Positions 50,674-62,538 of a DNA stretch of 64,000 nt are shown here, piece after piece; position 1 is the first letter of the stretch, and the number at the start of each line of letters is the position of its first letter. The position numbers and the translations under genes were made by a program. The stretch spans positions 79,670,001-79,734,000 of the forward strand of contig CM060732.1 in assembly GCA_030704615.1 (NCBI GenBank), in the 5' to 3' direction. The notes below the pieces were generated by a model. The model saw nothing but the letters and a program-made list of their open reading frames with translations, ran no database searches and was not told where the DNA came from. This stretch comes from Takakia lepidozioides (Eukaryota > Plantae > Bryophyta).

Positions 50674-50714
50674 TTTTCTCTGTGCCTTGATCTTCATTTA
50701 TGTTATCTTAGTGG

Positions 50715-51844
50715 ATGCTGACCAGGCGACGTGCTAAACTGTTGGAGTCTGAGAGTGCTAAGATGAGTGAATGGAAGGAAGGGATAGAAGAGATCCTTGG
50801 TGATGACTCAGTTCCTGGTCCTGAGACACAACCTGCTGCGACATCAAGAGGCATCAATCATCCAGACGGCTTGGACTTGCAAGATCTTTGTGATGCCATG
50901 AAAACTATCTCTGATTGTCCTGCTCTGTTGGAACTTTTGTTGAACAAACAAACTAATTCTACACAAACAGTTGCCAAACCTCATGAATTCAAACCTGTCA
51001 AGCAGCCATACCCAGAGTTTAAGCTGGGTGACCATTTTGATAATTTTTTGAGGTTCTTTGAATTAAGCATGAAGATGAATGTTGTGGCAGCGGAATTTAT
51101 TTCCAGCACGTTCAGGTTTTGTTTAAAAGGAGAGGCTCAGATTCTGTTTGAAGCTAGTATCCAGGATATGGGAGAGATCTCTTGGAAGGTGGCCAAAGAA
51201 TTGGCTCATCAGCTGTTTCAGGAGATTAAACCCACCCACTATGCCATTCCTGAAGTTTTGCATAGGAGAAAGCGTGTGGAAAGTACTATGCAGAAACCAG
51301 GACTTCAGTATGCAAGGCAGTGCCAGTGGTGGCTGAGAGACCATTGGCCACCAAGATTTTTTTCATCAAAGGGTTACCACCAGCTGAACAAGTGTTCTTG
51401 GAGAAAAGCTCATACAACACGGACAAAGAGATGGTTCAGCTCATTGAGGAAAGAGCTCGCGTCAAGGCAGCAAAGAGGGGTTTAGCTCCTGCAAAAAGGT
51501 CTCAGGTCATGTTGCATGATGTTGATACATGTACTAGTACTGATGGGGATGAGGGCTGCCTAGAATTGTTGCTTGCTGTTGTGAGAAATGTGCAGGATAC
51601 TGTAAGGACGGAGCTGCAGGCTTTCAAAGCTGAAAGTCATCGGCGGACTTCTGATGATGGTGAAAGGAAAACAGGTCATAGAGGTCGAACCAATACTGGT
51701 TCAGGTTATCAGGAAAGAGCAGCCTTCCTGATTTGTAAGAGCACTGAGCACTGGACCAGGTTTTGCCCCATGCAGCCAGACTTACCTGCCATCTATGAGC
51801 AATGGAAACGAGATCAAAGGGGTAAGGGTGCTTTAAACGAGTAA
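50715..51844 (+). pseudogene. Gypsy gag (frameshifted) with degenerate CCHC knuckle
   Basis: FDNFLRFFE...CLKGEAQ...W, FFIKGL, and xLICKSTEHWTRFC. Confidence 0.75.
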
Positions 51845-51906
51845 GGTCATCTGCTACGGAAGGGCCAGGTGATCACAGGTGTAGACCTTCTAAACCCTCC
51901 GCTACT

Positions 51907-54900
51907 TTGCTTGTGTCCACCAATTTCAAATTGCTCCATACTGAGGTGTTGAAAACCAAGAATAGAGAGCGTATTCACCCCTTGATGACACAATGTCATA
52001 TTGGTCACTTATCTTTTCAATGTGTCATAGACACGGGCTGTACAGTATTTTGCCATTCCTTTGCATGTGGTTCAAGTTCTGGGTTTGAAAATGTCTCCTG
52101 CCCAGGGTATTGAGGTCACCATAGCTGATGGTACCAGCTATGAACCCCTTGGTTTAGTTAGTGTGCAAGTAAGGATTAGTCGCAAAGTTGTCACTATCAC
52201 AGGGATTGTAACCATGGGCAAACAACTACTTTTGGGGTTAGATTGGATGTCTGAAGCCATGGCTTCCATTGATCTCTGTACCAATGTCATGACCTTGAAG
52301 GATGGTGAAGGTGGCAGCTGCAAAGTCAATTTGAATCAGATCCCTATCTTGGCAGGCAGTGGCACCAGACATCTTGCTTGCATGAAGGCTGTCTCACGTG
52401 AAGTCATGCAACGAGCTGGAGACACATACAATTGGACTCGCTTCTTTGGTTTTCAGAGCAACCCAACGATGCTTTTACACCAGTGGCACATACCTGCTGC
52501 TGGCTGCAAGACTGGTGCACCCATGCCTGTCGAGGGTGACATCCTTATTCTTAGAGCCCCTGCTGATGTTCAATTACCTGCTATGTCTCAAGTCATTGTG
52601 TCTACAGGCCTTGCCTTCATCTGCCCACAAGGCAAGTATGTTGAGATTGAGGGTTGGAAACGCCTGTCATTACAAAAACATTGCTTGGTTGTATCAGGAC
52701 TTTTGGATATGGGTTTTAGGGGTCATGTTCACATTCTGATTGCCAATCCAGAGCGTATGCCTGTCACCATCAAGAAGGATCAAGTGCTGGCCAGGCTCAC
52801 TGCTGTGCCCATCAGTGACATATCCTCGGTGGAGCCAGCTTTACATCTACGAGATATTGGTCTGGAAGATGATCCTCTGGATGGTCTGATTGCTATGACC
52901 AGTTTAGCTGCAGCCCCAACAACTCACAGCCTCACTACTGAGCAAGAAGCTCACTTTCAACAGGTATTGGTTGAGATTAAGGTGGGTGAACTGACTGATT
53001 CTCAACAAGCTCAATTACATCTGCTGCTCAAAAGAAACTTGGACATATTTAGCAAAGGTTCACATGACCTGGGCTGCACAAAGATACTCTTAAGCATGAA
53101 ATTATTACTGAAGGAAAACCAGTCAAACAATATGCTTACAGAGAATCTGTCCGTGAAAAGGTAGTCATTCAAGAAGAAATTAGGAAGATGTTGGATTCCG
53201 GAGTGATAAAACCTTATGTTTTCCCCTGGGCTAGTCCCATTGTGTTTGTGGGGAGAAAGATGGCACCACACACTTCTGTGTGGACTTTCGAAGGTTGAAT
53301 GCAATGACTAAAAAGGATGTCTATCCCCTGCCACGTATCAACGAGACCCTAGACCAACTTAATGGGGCAACTATCTTTTCTTCCCTTGATTTAGCCTCTG
53401 GGTTCTGGCAAGTTCCACTAACGGAGGACTCCAAAGAAAAGACTGCATTTACCTGCAGATATGGTCTGTTTCAGTACGAAACCATGCCGTTTGGGCTTTG
53501 TAATGCCACTGCTACCTTCCAAAGGCTCATGGACGTGGTCCTTGGTAATTTAAGATGGGAATGTGCTCTTGTATATGTAGATGATATCAACATTTATTCC
53601 AGCAGCTTCGCATCTCACCTTTTGGACCTGCAAAGAGTCATGAGCAGGTTACGAAGTGTTGGACTCAAAGTTAAGAAATGTGATTTTTGTATGCTGGAGT
53701 TGCACTTTTTGGGACACGTTCTTTGTGTGGATGGCATCAAACCTGACTTAACCAAAGTTCAGGCAGTTTAGGATTTTCCTATCCCGAAGAACAAACATTG
53801 TGTAAGAGCATTCTTAGAAGGTTCATCCTTCATTTTGCTCAACTAGCTGGTCCCTTGTTTTACCTGCTTTGCAAAGATGTTAAATTTCAGTGGGGTAAGG
53901 CAGAAGCGTTGGCCTTTGAGAGACTCAAGATAGCCTTGACTTCTGCTCCTATACTCATATTTCCTGATTTCTCCATTCCCTTTCTGTTGCAGACTAATGC
54001 TAGTGACCTAGCTGTTTCAGCCATCCTAAGCCAGAAGAAGGATGGTCGTGAGCATATTGTTGCTTATACATCTAGAAGGCTCGATAAGCATGAGAGAAAT
54101 TATAGCATTACCGATAAGGAAGGCCTCGCAGTTATATTTGGTGTCAAGCACTTCTGTCAGTATTTACATGGTTGTTATTTTACTGTTGAGACTGACCACC
54201 TGCCTCTAAAAGCCCTGAAAACTCCACGAGAATTATCAGGTAGATTGGCTCGCTGGTCTCTTTCTACAAGGGTTTGAATATGCATTGTATATAAAAAGGG
54301 CAAAGAAAATGGTAACGCTGATGCATTGACAAGAGGGGAAACAAAGGTTCCCACCCCTTACTCTTCTCTTGATGATTTAATTGCTTTACCTGCATCTGTT
54401 CCTACTTCTATCATCACTGCAGATCAACTTTTGTTTTGTAGCTTGCTAGATGAGATGCCTAGGTCCATGAACTTGTTGGATGATTGGGATCTCATGACAT
54501 GTGACCCTGGTTGATCATATGTGGGTGGAAGGGTGTGCAGCAAATCGCATCTGCAGATTTCAGAGTGGTTGTATCTTCTTAGCTTAGGCATATTCTGTCT
54601 TTTTCATAGCCGCAATAGTGATTTATTCCCCTTAGGACCTGCGCTTTAGCCCTGCCTGTTACCTCCATGACCATGTTCAGATGTGGTATGAGACTCTTAT
54701 GTTATAGGAGAACACAGAGGCGGACACTCCTATCTCCTCATATTAACCCACTGCTCGCTGGTCTTGCTAAGTGTACAAGTATGGACAATCAGTTGCATTT
54801 GGCTCTACTCCATAAGTGCATGACTGGCACTCAACTTCCAGGCATATCCAAGGCTACTCAAAGACAGGTTAACTATCATTTTCCCCATTGTGAGGCACGT

Positions 54901-56083
54901 GAAGGTAAACTGTTCATGAAGATTGCCTTGGAAGGTCAGACCCATGCTATGGAGGTTCCTAATAGGGATTCAGTTTCAGAGTTGCTTGAGTTGCATCATT
55001 CTTCTGCTTTTGCTGGTCACTTGGGCATCACTAAGACCTTGAAGAGGCTCCAAGAGAGGTATCATTGGAAAGGGATGGTTCAAGATGTTACACACTTTAT
55101 CTCTTGTTGTGTGGAGTGCCATTCTCAGACATTGCTTCCTAGAGCCCGTCCTTCACTTGCTTTGCAACCCATTCCGGTGTCTGAACCATTCGCTAGAGTG
55201 GGCCTAGATCTTGTTGGGCCACTCTAGCCTACGATTAAGGGACATTGTTACATTGCTGTGACAACTGATTACCTATCTAAGTGGGTGGAGGTTCAACCCT
55301 TGGCTGCTAAGGATGTAGACACAGTGGCACAGTTCTTCTTCAACGAGGTCATCTTGCGCCATGGTTGTCCCCAGGAGATCCTCACCGATCAAGGCTCTAA
55401 ATTTTGTAATCAGCTCATGCAGATTGTGTGTTTTAATTTGGGTGTTAAGCATCGTACGACTGCACCCAATCATCCTCAATGCAATGGCTTGACTGAAAGG
55501 TTCAATCATACCATGTGTGCTATGCTTGAGAAGACAGGGTCACTCTTGGATGATTGGGATACTACTCTACCCACTCTGATTTTTGCTTATCGGACCTCTG
55601 TACACTCTACCACCAGGTATTCTCCATTTGAGTTACTCTATGGTAGAAAGGCTCGCACTCCCCTGTATAATACTCCGTTGCTCACTCCCATTGCAGAGCC
55701 CACTGATTGGCAGCAATTTGTGGATGCTATGCTTTCCAAACGGCTTGTCTTTGAGAATAAGGCTAGGACTAATTAACATTTCTCGGGCTCAGGCTGTGCA
55801 GGCTCGTAACTACAACAAGAAAGTTCACTACTCAGAGGAATTCTTGGTGGGCCAAACTGTGTGTGTCCGTCTGCAATCTGGGAAAATTCTCTCCAAAGCT
55901 TCGAAACGCATTGAGGGTCCTTATCTCATCACTGAAAAACTTCGTGGGAGGAAGTTCCTGCTGCTTCCCCAACATCATTCCATGCCACCCATAACTCACC
56001 CTGTGCATGTGGACTCCCTGGTGCACAACAGATTGGTCTTCCATCTCACTTGCATCAATGTAGAAGGCAGGACGACTGGCTGA
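51907..56083 (+). pseudogene. Gypsy pol: protease, dUTPase-like domain, RT, RNase H, integrase (disrupted)
   Basis: PR VIDTGC...LLLGLDW; dUTPase-like STGL...GLLDMGFRG; [29 protein letters not shown]; RH TNAS...YSITDKEGLA...TDH; IN HHSSAFAGHLG..CVEC, LDLVGP, LTDQG, GLTERFN. Confidence 0.92.
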
Positions 56084-56524
56084 TCTTTGTGTGTGATTGA
56101 ATGCAGGGATTAAAGGCTGGAGTGTTGCAGCCTTGTGTGTTTTCTGGAGGTCCAAGCTATGGCCTCTCTTATGTGTTTTTTTGATGGTACAACAGCGGCC
56201 ATCTTTGGTGTTGTGTGGTGTGCAAATAATGGTCTGCTGCAGACCTGCGACATCTGGTGGTGGAGGAGGTGGACGACCTTAGCACAGGCTTTAGCTTCAT
56301 GTTAGTGTTTTGCATCACTATTGTAACGTGATAGGGGGTTTTCCCCCAGCGAGTTTTGCCCTTAACCCATCTTGCAGGTGCAAAGTTTTCTCGCTAAGGG
56401 TTTTTTCATCCCTCTTGCGCCGGATGCTAGTATTAGGTATGGTGTGATTTACTTAGCTTCAGAAGTTCGGTATTTCAGTTAGCTCGCAGGAGCTCGCTTT
56501 CCTAGCTAGGGCAAGCTTTACATA

Positions 56525-57009
56525 TGTGGAGCTTCAGATTCCATGGCGTTGCATATGCTCTCCTGTCAGTCCCTTGGATGAAAAGCATGGGGTTGTTGGA
56601 CATTAATGATAACAGAGACTATCTTTGGTTATGTGATTGTCCTACGTTAACAGTCACGAGATAAGCCAACCTGGAAACTGAGCTGGCGGATGTGAGGTCT
56701 TGTAATCTGCATGTCCAATAAGAGTGTTGCATCTGGATTAGCCTCTCCCGATTATTTAAATGAAGAGATCAGCAGGCTTAGGCAGGATGTTTTTGGTGTA
56801 CAAACTGGTGCAGTGGATGTGTGAAGGACGCTGGATGAAACTGTGTTGATGCTTTGCTGCGTGCAACGATTGGCTTAGATTGTATGTGTGCTCTGCAATA
56901 GATTCTTCCTTGTCAACTTGGCAAAGTTTTATAGCTTACAATCCCCATGTGCATGACTTAACCCGCAGAGGAGGAGAGCATATCCTTGCGTCGGGGTTCT
57001 AGCTTTACA
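56525..57009 (+). repeat. 3' LTR (485 bp), intact
   Basis: TGTGGAGCT...AGCTTTACA. About 11 substitutions and 2 internal indels relative to the reconstructed 5' LTR (counted by eye). Confidence 0.93.
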
Positions 57010-57605
57010 GGAGGCCCATCTAAGCCCAAGTGCAATCTTCTGTTTATGTATCCAAATGCATCTCTCATGTAGAGGCCCAAGTGTCCAGTGTCATGTAACT
57101 TGCCCAAGTGCAATCTCCTATGTATCCAAGTCCGTCTCCCATGTCAAGGCCCAATTTATTTTTTTCCATTAATTTATTGAGTAGAAATATATCCATTCAT
57201 TATTGATATATCTCCCGTCGAGGCTCCCAAGTGTCCAATGTCATGTAAGTCCAAGTGCATCAATATATGAAGCAAGCAATATCTGATCAATTTTTTTTCC
57301 ACAGAGCCTACGACCAGATTTGAACCGGAGACATTTCCCTTGATATCTCTCCTGTCAAGGCTCCAACCATTGTCCCGGGAATGCCCACTTTGCTATTTTT
57401 CGTGAATTTCTAACGACCCAAAGTACTTGAAATTCCACATCTCCCATACTGCAGGTCCAAAAATCATGAGACCAAGCGCGTGCACCCCTCATCGTCGAGG
57501 GCTTTCCAACGGTACCAAGCACCAGGGCTTGGCCCGTGGTTTGGGACATCTCAACGTGACAAAACAAAACAAAACAAAACAAAACGTCTCGCTTCATATA
57601 TTGAT
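57010..57605 (+). mobile_element. Right part of the Helitron-like non-coding repeat split by the Gypsy element
   Basis: Same subrepeats as the left part. 57300-57603 closely parallels 27900-28232 (GAGCCTACGACCAG...GGTCCAAAAATCATGAGACCAAGC...AACGTCTCGCTTCATATATTGA). Confidence 0.6.
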
Positions 57606-57629
57606 TTGAATGGGTAGGTATATACAACT

Positions 57630-57826
57630 AGGGTATTATTTTAAGGGGTATATAGAAAGAATATACCCTTGATAGGGTAAAGGTAAGGTAATTCAAATTA
57701 TTTACCCGTATGAATGGTAAGAATAAGGGGGTAAATGAAAAGGTTGTTATATCCGGGTAAATAATTTACCCTGACTGATTTACCATCCGGGTGAATCGGG
57801 GTAAGCGATTTACCCGCACAACACTG
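57630..57826. mobile_element. Possible MITE/hAT-like terminal fragment with GGGTAA/TTACCC motifs
   Basis: Many GGGTAA/TTTACCC motifs in both orientations, ending CACAACACTG. The other end was not found. Confidence 0.3.
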
Positions 57827-57851
57827 GTGCTGTGAATACCTATATGCAATT

Positions 57852-57860
57852 CTAGGGTTT
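57852..57860. promoter_or_regulatory. Telo-box (CTAGGGTTT) upstream of eIF2-gamma
   Basis: Motif about 75 bp upstream of the ATG of a translation-factor gene. Confidence 0.45.
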
Positions 57861-57934
57861 CCGGGAGGCACAGAGGGCTTTTAGGGTAGTGGGAATTGTT
57901 GGGTGCGGTTTTGGGTTTCGGAAAGGAGGGCAAG

Positions 57935-60900
57935 ATGGCGAAGCGTGGGTTGATGGAGCAGGACCTGGCGAAGCTGGATGTGAGTGCGCTGCATCCGCTG
58001 TCTCCCGAGGTCATATCTCGGCAAGCCACCATCAATATTGGTAATTTTTGAGCTCGCTAAATGCTAGTCTACTGTGAACAAGAAAATCTGCAATATTATA
58101 AACAATTTGAGGTACCATCAACATATTTTCTTGCTCTCACAGGCTCGTCTGTTAGTCCATGCCAGGGAGAGATCTCTGAGGCTCAATTGGAGCAGGTAAA
58201 TATCTGACAACATCTGCCAAGTGACAGCAAACCTTGCAGTTCTAGTGACAGATAGATACACAGCAGCAGACACAGACCATAAGAGGCAAAGATAAGCAGT
58301 ACTCATTTGGCTATACAGTAAGACAATCTTGTAGCAAACGTGCATTGGTAGACATCCTACTGATGAAACCGGAAGTGACACTGATTGTGGCTTTTCCACA
58401 GGTACAATTGGGCATGTGGCACACGGAAAATCAACTGTGGTGAAGGCAATCTCTGGTGTGCAGGTAGAGAGCTCACTCTTTGCCAGATGAGGTGCATATT
58501 AGGTCTTGGTGTGATCAGGCAGTTGCGAAAAAAGGCTACAGTACTTACGAGTAGTTGTGGTCACTGGGTTAATCTGGTTGGCTCACGCGCTCTGGAGAGA
58601 ATCTGGCACAGGTAAGAAACAATATAGAACGATCTCGCACATAAACTGAACTAGGAGGAATTTCAAGAGTTATTTCAAGATACTTCCAAGAATTATTCTA
58701 GAACCAAATGTTCAGTTTCACTGGATGCCAGACTAAGGAAAGAGGGGCTAAGTAGAATCTACCTGATCCAACTGACAAAGACCCCTGACTTGATAACGAT
58801 ACCCCCTGTAAGGCATCAAGTCGTCAATGCTATCCTTCATATCGTGCCTTCATAGTTTGGCTAATAGCAAGCCGCATTACTACTCAGCCTTATACTAACC
58901 ATCTGGCCTTCAGTAGTCCAGAGTCTTGTTCGACTGCCTCATAGGTCCTCAGGTTCCCCCTAGGACAATTAAAATCTCTTGCATTCTTTCTTTTCTTTCT
59001 CATCAAGACTTTGGTCTGTTTCACAGGACTATCTTGCTCCCAAATCATACAAACTTTGAGTCATATGACCAAGTGATAATACCCCAACTCTAAATGATGT
59101 GGGCACTTCTAAGTCTGATCACACTACTGGCCATTCCAAAAGAAGCTGACAATAGTTACTTTTAGTATTGGAAGACCAGGGCAAGTCCATCACTCCCACT
59201 TGTGTATGAGGCATTTTCAGCATCTACAAGGAAGACAGAAGATATCTCTTGCTTTACCCTCCTTGGGATGATGTGGCTCATGGTAAGAGAGTAGTCCTGC
59301 TTGACCTTCATTGGTTAAATGTTTCCTTGGAACGCAGACTGTGCGCTTCAAGAATGAGCTGGAGCGTAATATTACTATCAAGCTGGGCTACGCCAATGCC
59401 AAAATCTACAAATGCGAGGATGAAAAATGTCCGCGTCCCATGGCTTACAAGTAGGGTTCTGGAAATCCTTACAGTTTTATTCTATCTGGAGTAGAATGTT
59501 GTGTCAGCATTTTAACTTCCTATAGGTAAGTGCAAGTCATCATGCTTGCTGCCACCTTAGCAGCTATGGCAAGGATTCTTCACCCTTCCCAGTCTATCCT
59601 TTCCCTTTTCCTCTCACACAGTCTATCTTTGCTTCTATCTTTCCAATCATGCAGTATGAGCCCTTACAGCTGGTATGTTCCATTACACCTTACTCAGACC
59701 TCTGACAACCTAGTAAGTTTACCCATCCAACAGGGGAGAAAATAAAATTGGGTGCAATCCCGATTGGTGTTCATGCTTTGACCGTGTATCTGGAATCGGT
59801 TGGAATCAGCGAATGATGCCCTTTGAAAAGACTATGTAGGAGGAAGTGTGTTACTAATTTGACCTGCATTGCCTTGTGGAGCAGGGCCTACGGAAGTGGA
59901 AAGGAGGATAGCCCCCTTTGTGATGTTGTTGGTTTCGAGTCTGCCCGTATGAAGTTGTTGCGCCATGTGTCCTTTGTTGATTGCCCAGTAAGAATCTCAA
60001 ATAGCCACTTGTATTCTGGCATGTTGTTCTGATGGTACCCCAGTCTCTTCTCTAACCCGGCTCCCTTCATTTTCCACTTTCTCTCTTGCTTCCACATAAC
60101 AGATACCTGGACCCACAGTGAAGTTGTGTGTTTCGACTGATGAGAATGGAATTCGAGTGACTATTGCAGCTATAGCAGATTCAACCTTGCATTGCATTTC
60201 TGTTAATAACATCAGTTTCCTTATGGTTTTGATGGTTTCTGTGCATAGGGCCACGATATTCTCATGGCCACCATGCTTAATGGAGCAGCCATTATGGATG
60301 GAGCATTGCTGTTAATTGCCAGCAATGAAAGCTGCCCCCAACCCCAGACATCAGAGCATCTTGCAGCTGTTGAGATCATGCAGTTGAAACACATCATCAT
60401 CTTGCAAAACAAGATTGATCTTATTCAAGAAAGTGTTGCCATCAACCAGCACGAAGCCATCCAGAAGTTTATTCAGGTATTGTGGGTTGGATACACCTCA
60501 GGCCACTGTATTGTGTTTACAATGGTTGGAGGGGTCCACATTCTCAGTAGATTACATGTCAGAAACAGAGCGCACAGGAAGGGAAAATCAAACCATTCAG
60601 GGTGATATATTTGAGAAGCAGAGTTCCTCATGACTATTCAAGGTATGAAGTGATTCAGTTGTTATTGCTGTTGCAGAACACAATTGCAGATGGAGCTCCA
60701 GTGGTGCCTATTTCTGCTCAGCTGAAGTATAATGTGGATGTGGTATGTGAATATATCGTAAACAAAATTCCCATTCCCGAGCGCAATTTTGTGGCACCCC
60801 CGAATATGATCGTTATTCGGTCATTTGATGTCAACAAACCGGGTGCTGAAGTGGATGAAATCAAGGGAGGTGTTGCTGGTGGCAGTATTTTGCGGGTATG

Positions 60901-62339
60901 TTGTCTTCCCTCACGTGGCTATGATTTTAGTCCCATGATAGCCTTTGTATTGGAGGGCAGCCCAGTTGTGGAACCACAGGCCCGGACAAAAGCATCACAG
61001 CCGTCCCCTTCTCCCTCAGACAAGATGGCTCCTGCTGCAGCAGCCTCTTCCCCTTTTTCCATCCAGGGTGCAGTGCCCCAGCAACCGCCACAAGAGGAGC
61101 CTTTTCCACTGCCTTCAATCTCTTGATGAGTTACAGCTGGAAACTCTTAAAAGTTAAAATTTTCCAAGGAATAGTTTGTGTATTATGTCAAGAGACAAGG
61201 TGGTATGACTGGCTATTCATGCATGCCGACTTTTTGAACCTTGTGCTTTGTCAGTGGCTGGAGCTGTTATAGTCATTGGACAATACAAACAGATAGGAGC
61301 TGTATGGGGGTATCGAAGCTTTTTGGCTGCCCCAGCTCTTTCTAGTTTCAACTGTCAAATAGATGCCCTGTGAATGAAGGGTAGTGTAGATTCATTGATT
61401 TGCTTGGCTACTTTTTGAGCCTGGCGCCATCAACACCCTTGTGAATATAAAAGCACGTGTTACAGTATGTATGGTTAGGTGGACCCACTGCAGCCCCTGC
61501 ACTGCCTCTTTCCCTTGCCGATTGTTTGAGCATGGACCAGTTCAACCTAGGACTAAGGTGTTTTTGGGGGGACAGGGGGTGCTGAGAGTGGGACAGAAGA
61601 TTGAAGTGCGGCCAGGGATCACTACTAAGGACGAAAGTGGCGCAATTAAGTGTACTCCTATCTTCTCGCGGATCACGTCTCTGTATGCTGAGAAAAATGA
61701 GCTTCAATTTGCAGTGCCTGGGGGCCTTATTGGAGTGGGAACCACCATAGATCCTACTCTGACACGTGCTGACCGCCTGGTCGGTCAGGTCCTCGGGGAG
61801 GTTGGGGAGCTACCCGATGTCTTTGTTGAGCTTGAGGTGAGCCCACTTTGTGTCTGGTTGCAGTTTGTTCATCGAGTTGACTTTGTTATGGCTGTTCACT
61901 GCATACCCTCCTGAGCAAGCCACAGGAGATCTTTTGGTCCATTCTGTCACTGCCTTTCGGTATGGTTTTTGTCTACATCATGCAACAATGTCTGAGAGGT
62001 TGAAAATGCCTCTGGGGGATGTTCTTTTTCACTTTACAGGTTAACTTCTTCCTGCTTCGTCGGCTGCTTGGAGTTCGAACCAAAGGCACAGAAAAGCAAG
62101 GCAGGGTCTCAAAGTTGACAAAGACTGAAGTCCTCATGCTCAACATTGGTTCCATGTCGACTGGTGCGCGTGTGGTTGCAGTCAAAAATGATCTTGCCAA
62201 ACTGCAATTGACCACCCCTGTTTGCACCAGCAAAGGGGAGAAAGTGGCCCTCAGCAGACGAGTTGAAAAGCACTGGCGCTTGATAGGGTGGGGCCAAATT
62301 CAGGCTGGGTTGATCATTGATATCCCGGAGGCAGTATAA
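57935..62339 (+). CDS. EIF2S3: Eukaryotic translation initiation factor 2 gamma subunit, 8 exons
   Basis: Exons 57935-58040, 58402-58463, 59338-59450, 59885-59986, 60249-60476, 60677-60895, 61576-61836 and 62040-62339. Motifs [44 protein letters not shown] and [13 protein letters not shown]. Confidence 0.97.
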
Positions 62340-62538
62340 AGAAGATGGTTGTGAGTGAAGTACACCCGTCAAGAAAAAGCCCTGCTCTCTCAAAAGGGAG
62401 CCAGTCACAAAGAGCAAGACGCTTTGTCCAAAGCTTCTCTAGAGATCTAGCAACAATGTGGATAGGGAGGGAGTCGCTGGGAACAATTTTTGTAAGGTGG
62501 CGAAGAAAACCTTGTGTGAGGATCACTGGATATTTCTC

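Larger units (their letters stand above)
28548..57009 (+). mobile_element. Gypsy/Ty3 LTR retrotransposon, degenerate, carrying nested DNA transposons
   Basis: TG...CA ends, 4-bp TSD GGAG (28544-28547 and 57010-57013), two matching LTRs, a PBS, and gag-PR-dUTPase-like-RT-RH-IN domain order. Confidence 0.93.

Noticed and set aside
56514-57009. DIRS/Ngaro tyrosine-recombinase retroelement
   Set aside because: The element has a protease, a DDE integrase, a PBS and a 4-bp TSD, and no tyrosine recombinase was seen.
60896-61126. Pro/Ser/Gln-rich extension of the eIF2-gamma ORF
   Set aside because: Read-through past the GT donor at 60896. The conserved protein resumes at the next exon ([14 protein letters not shown]).
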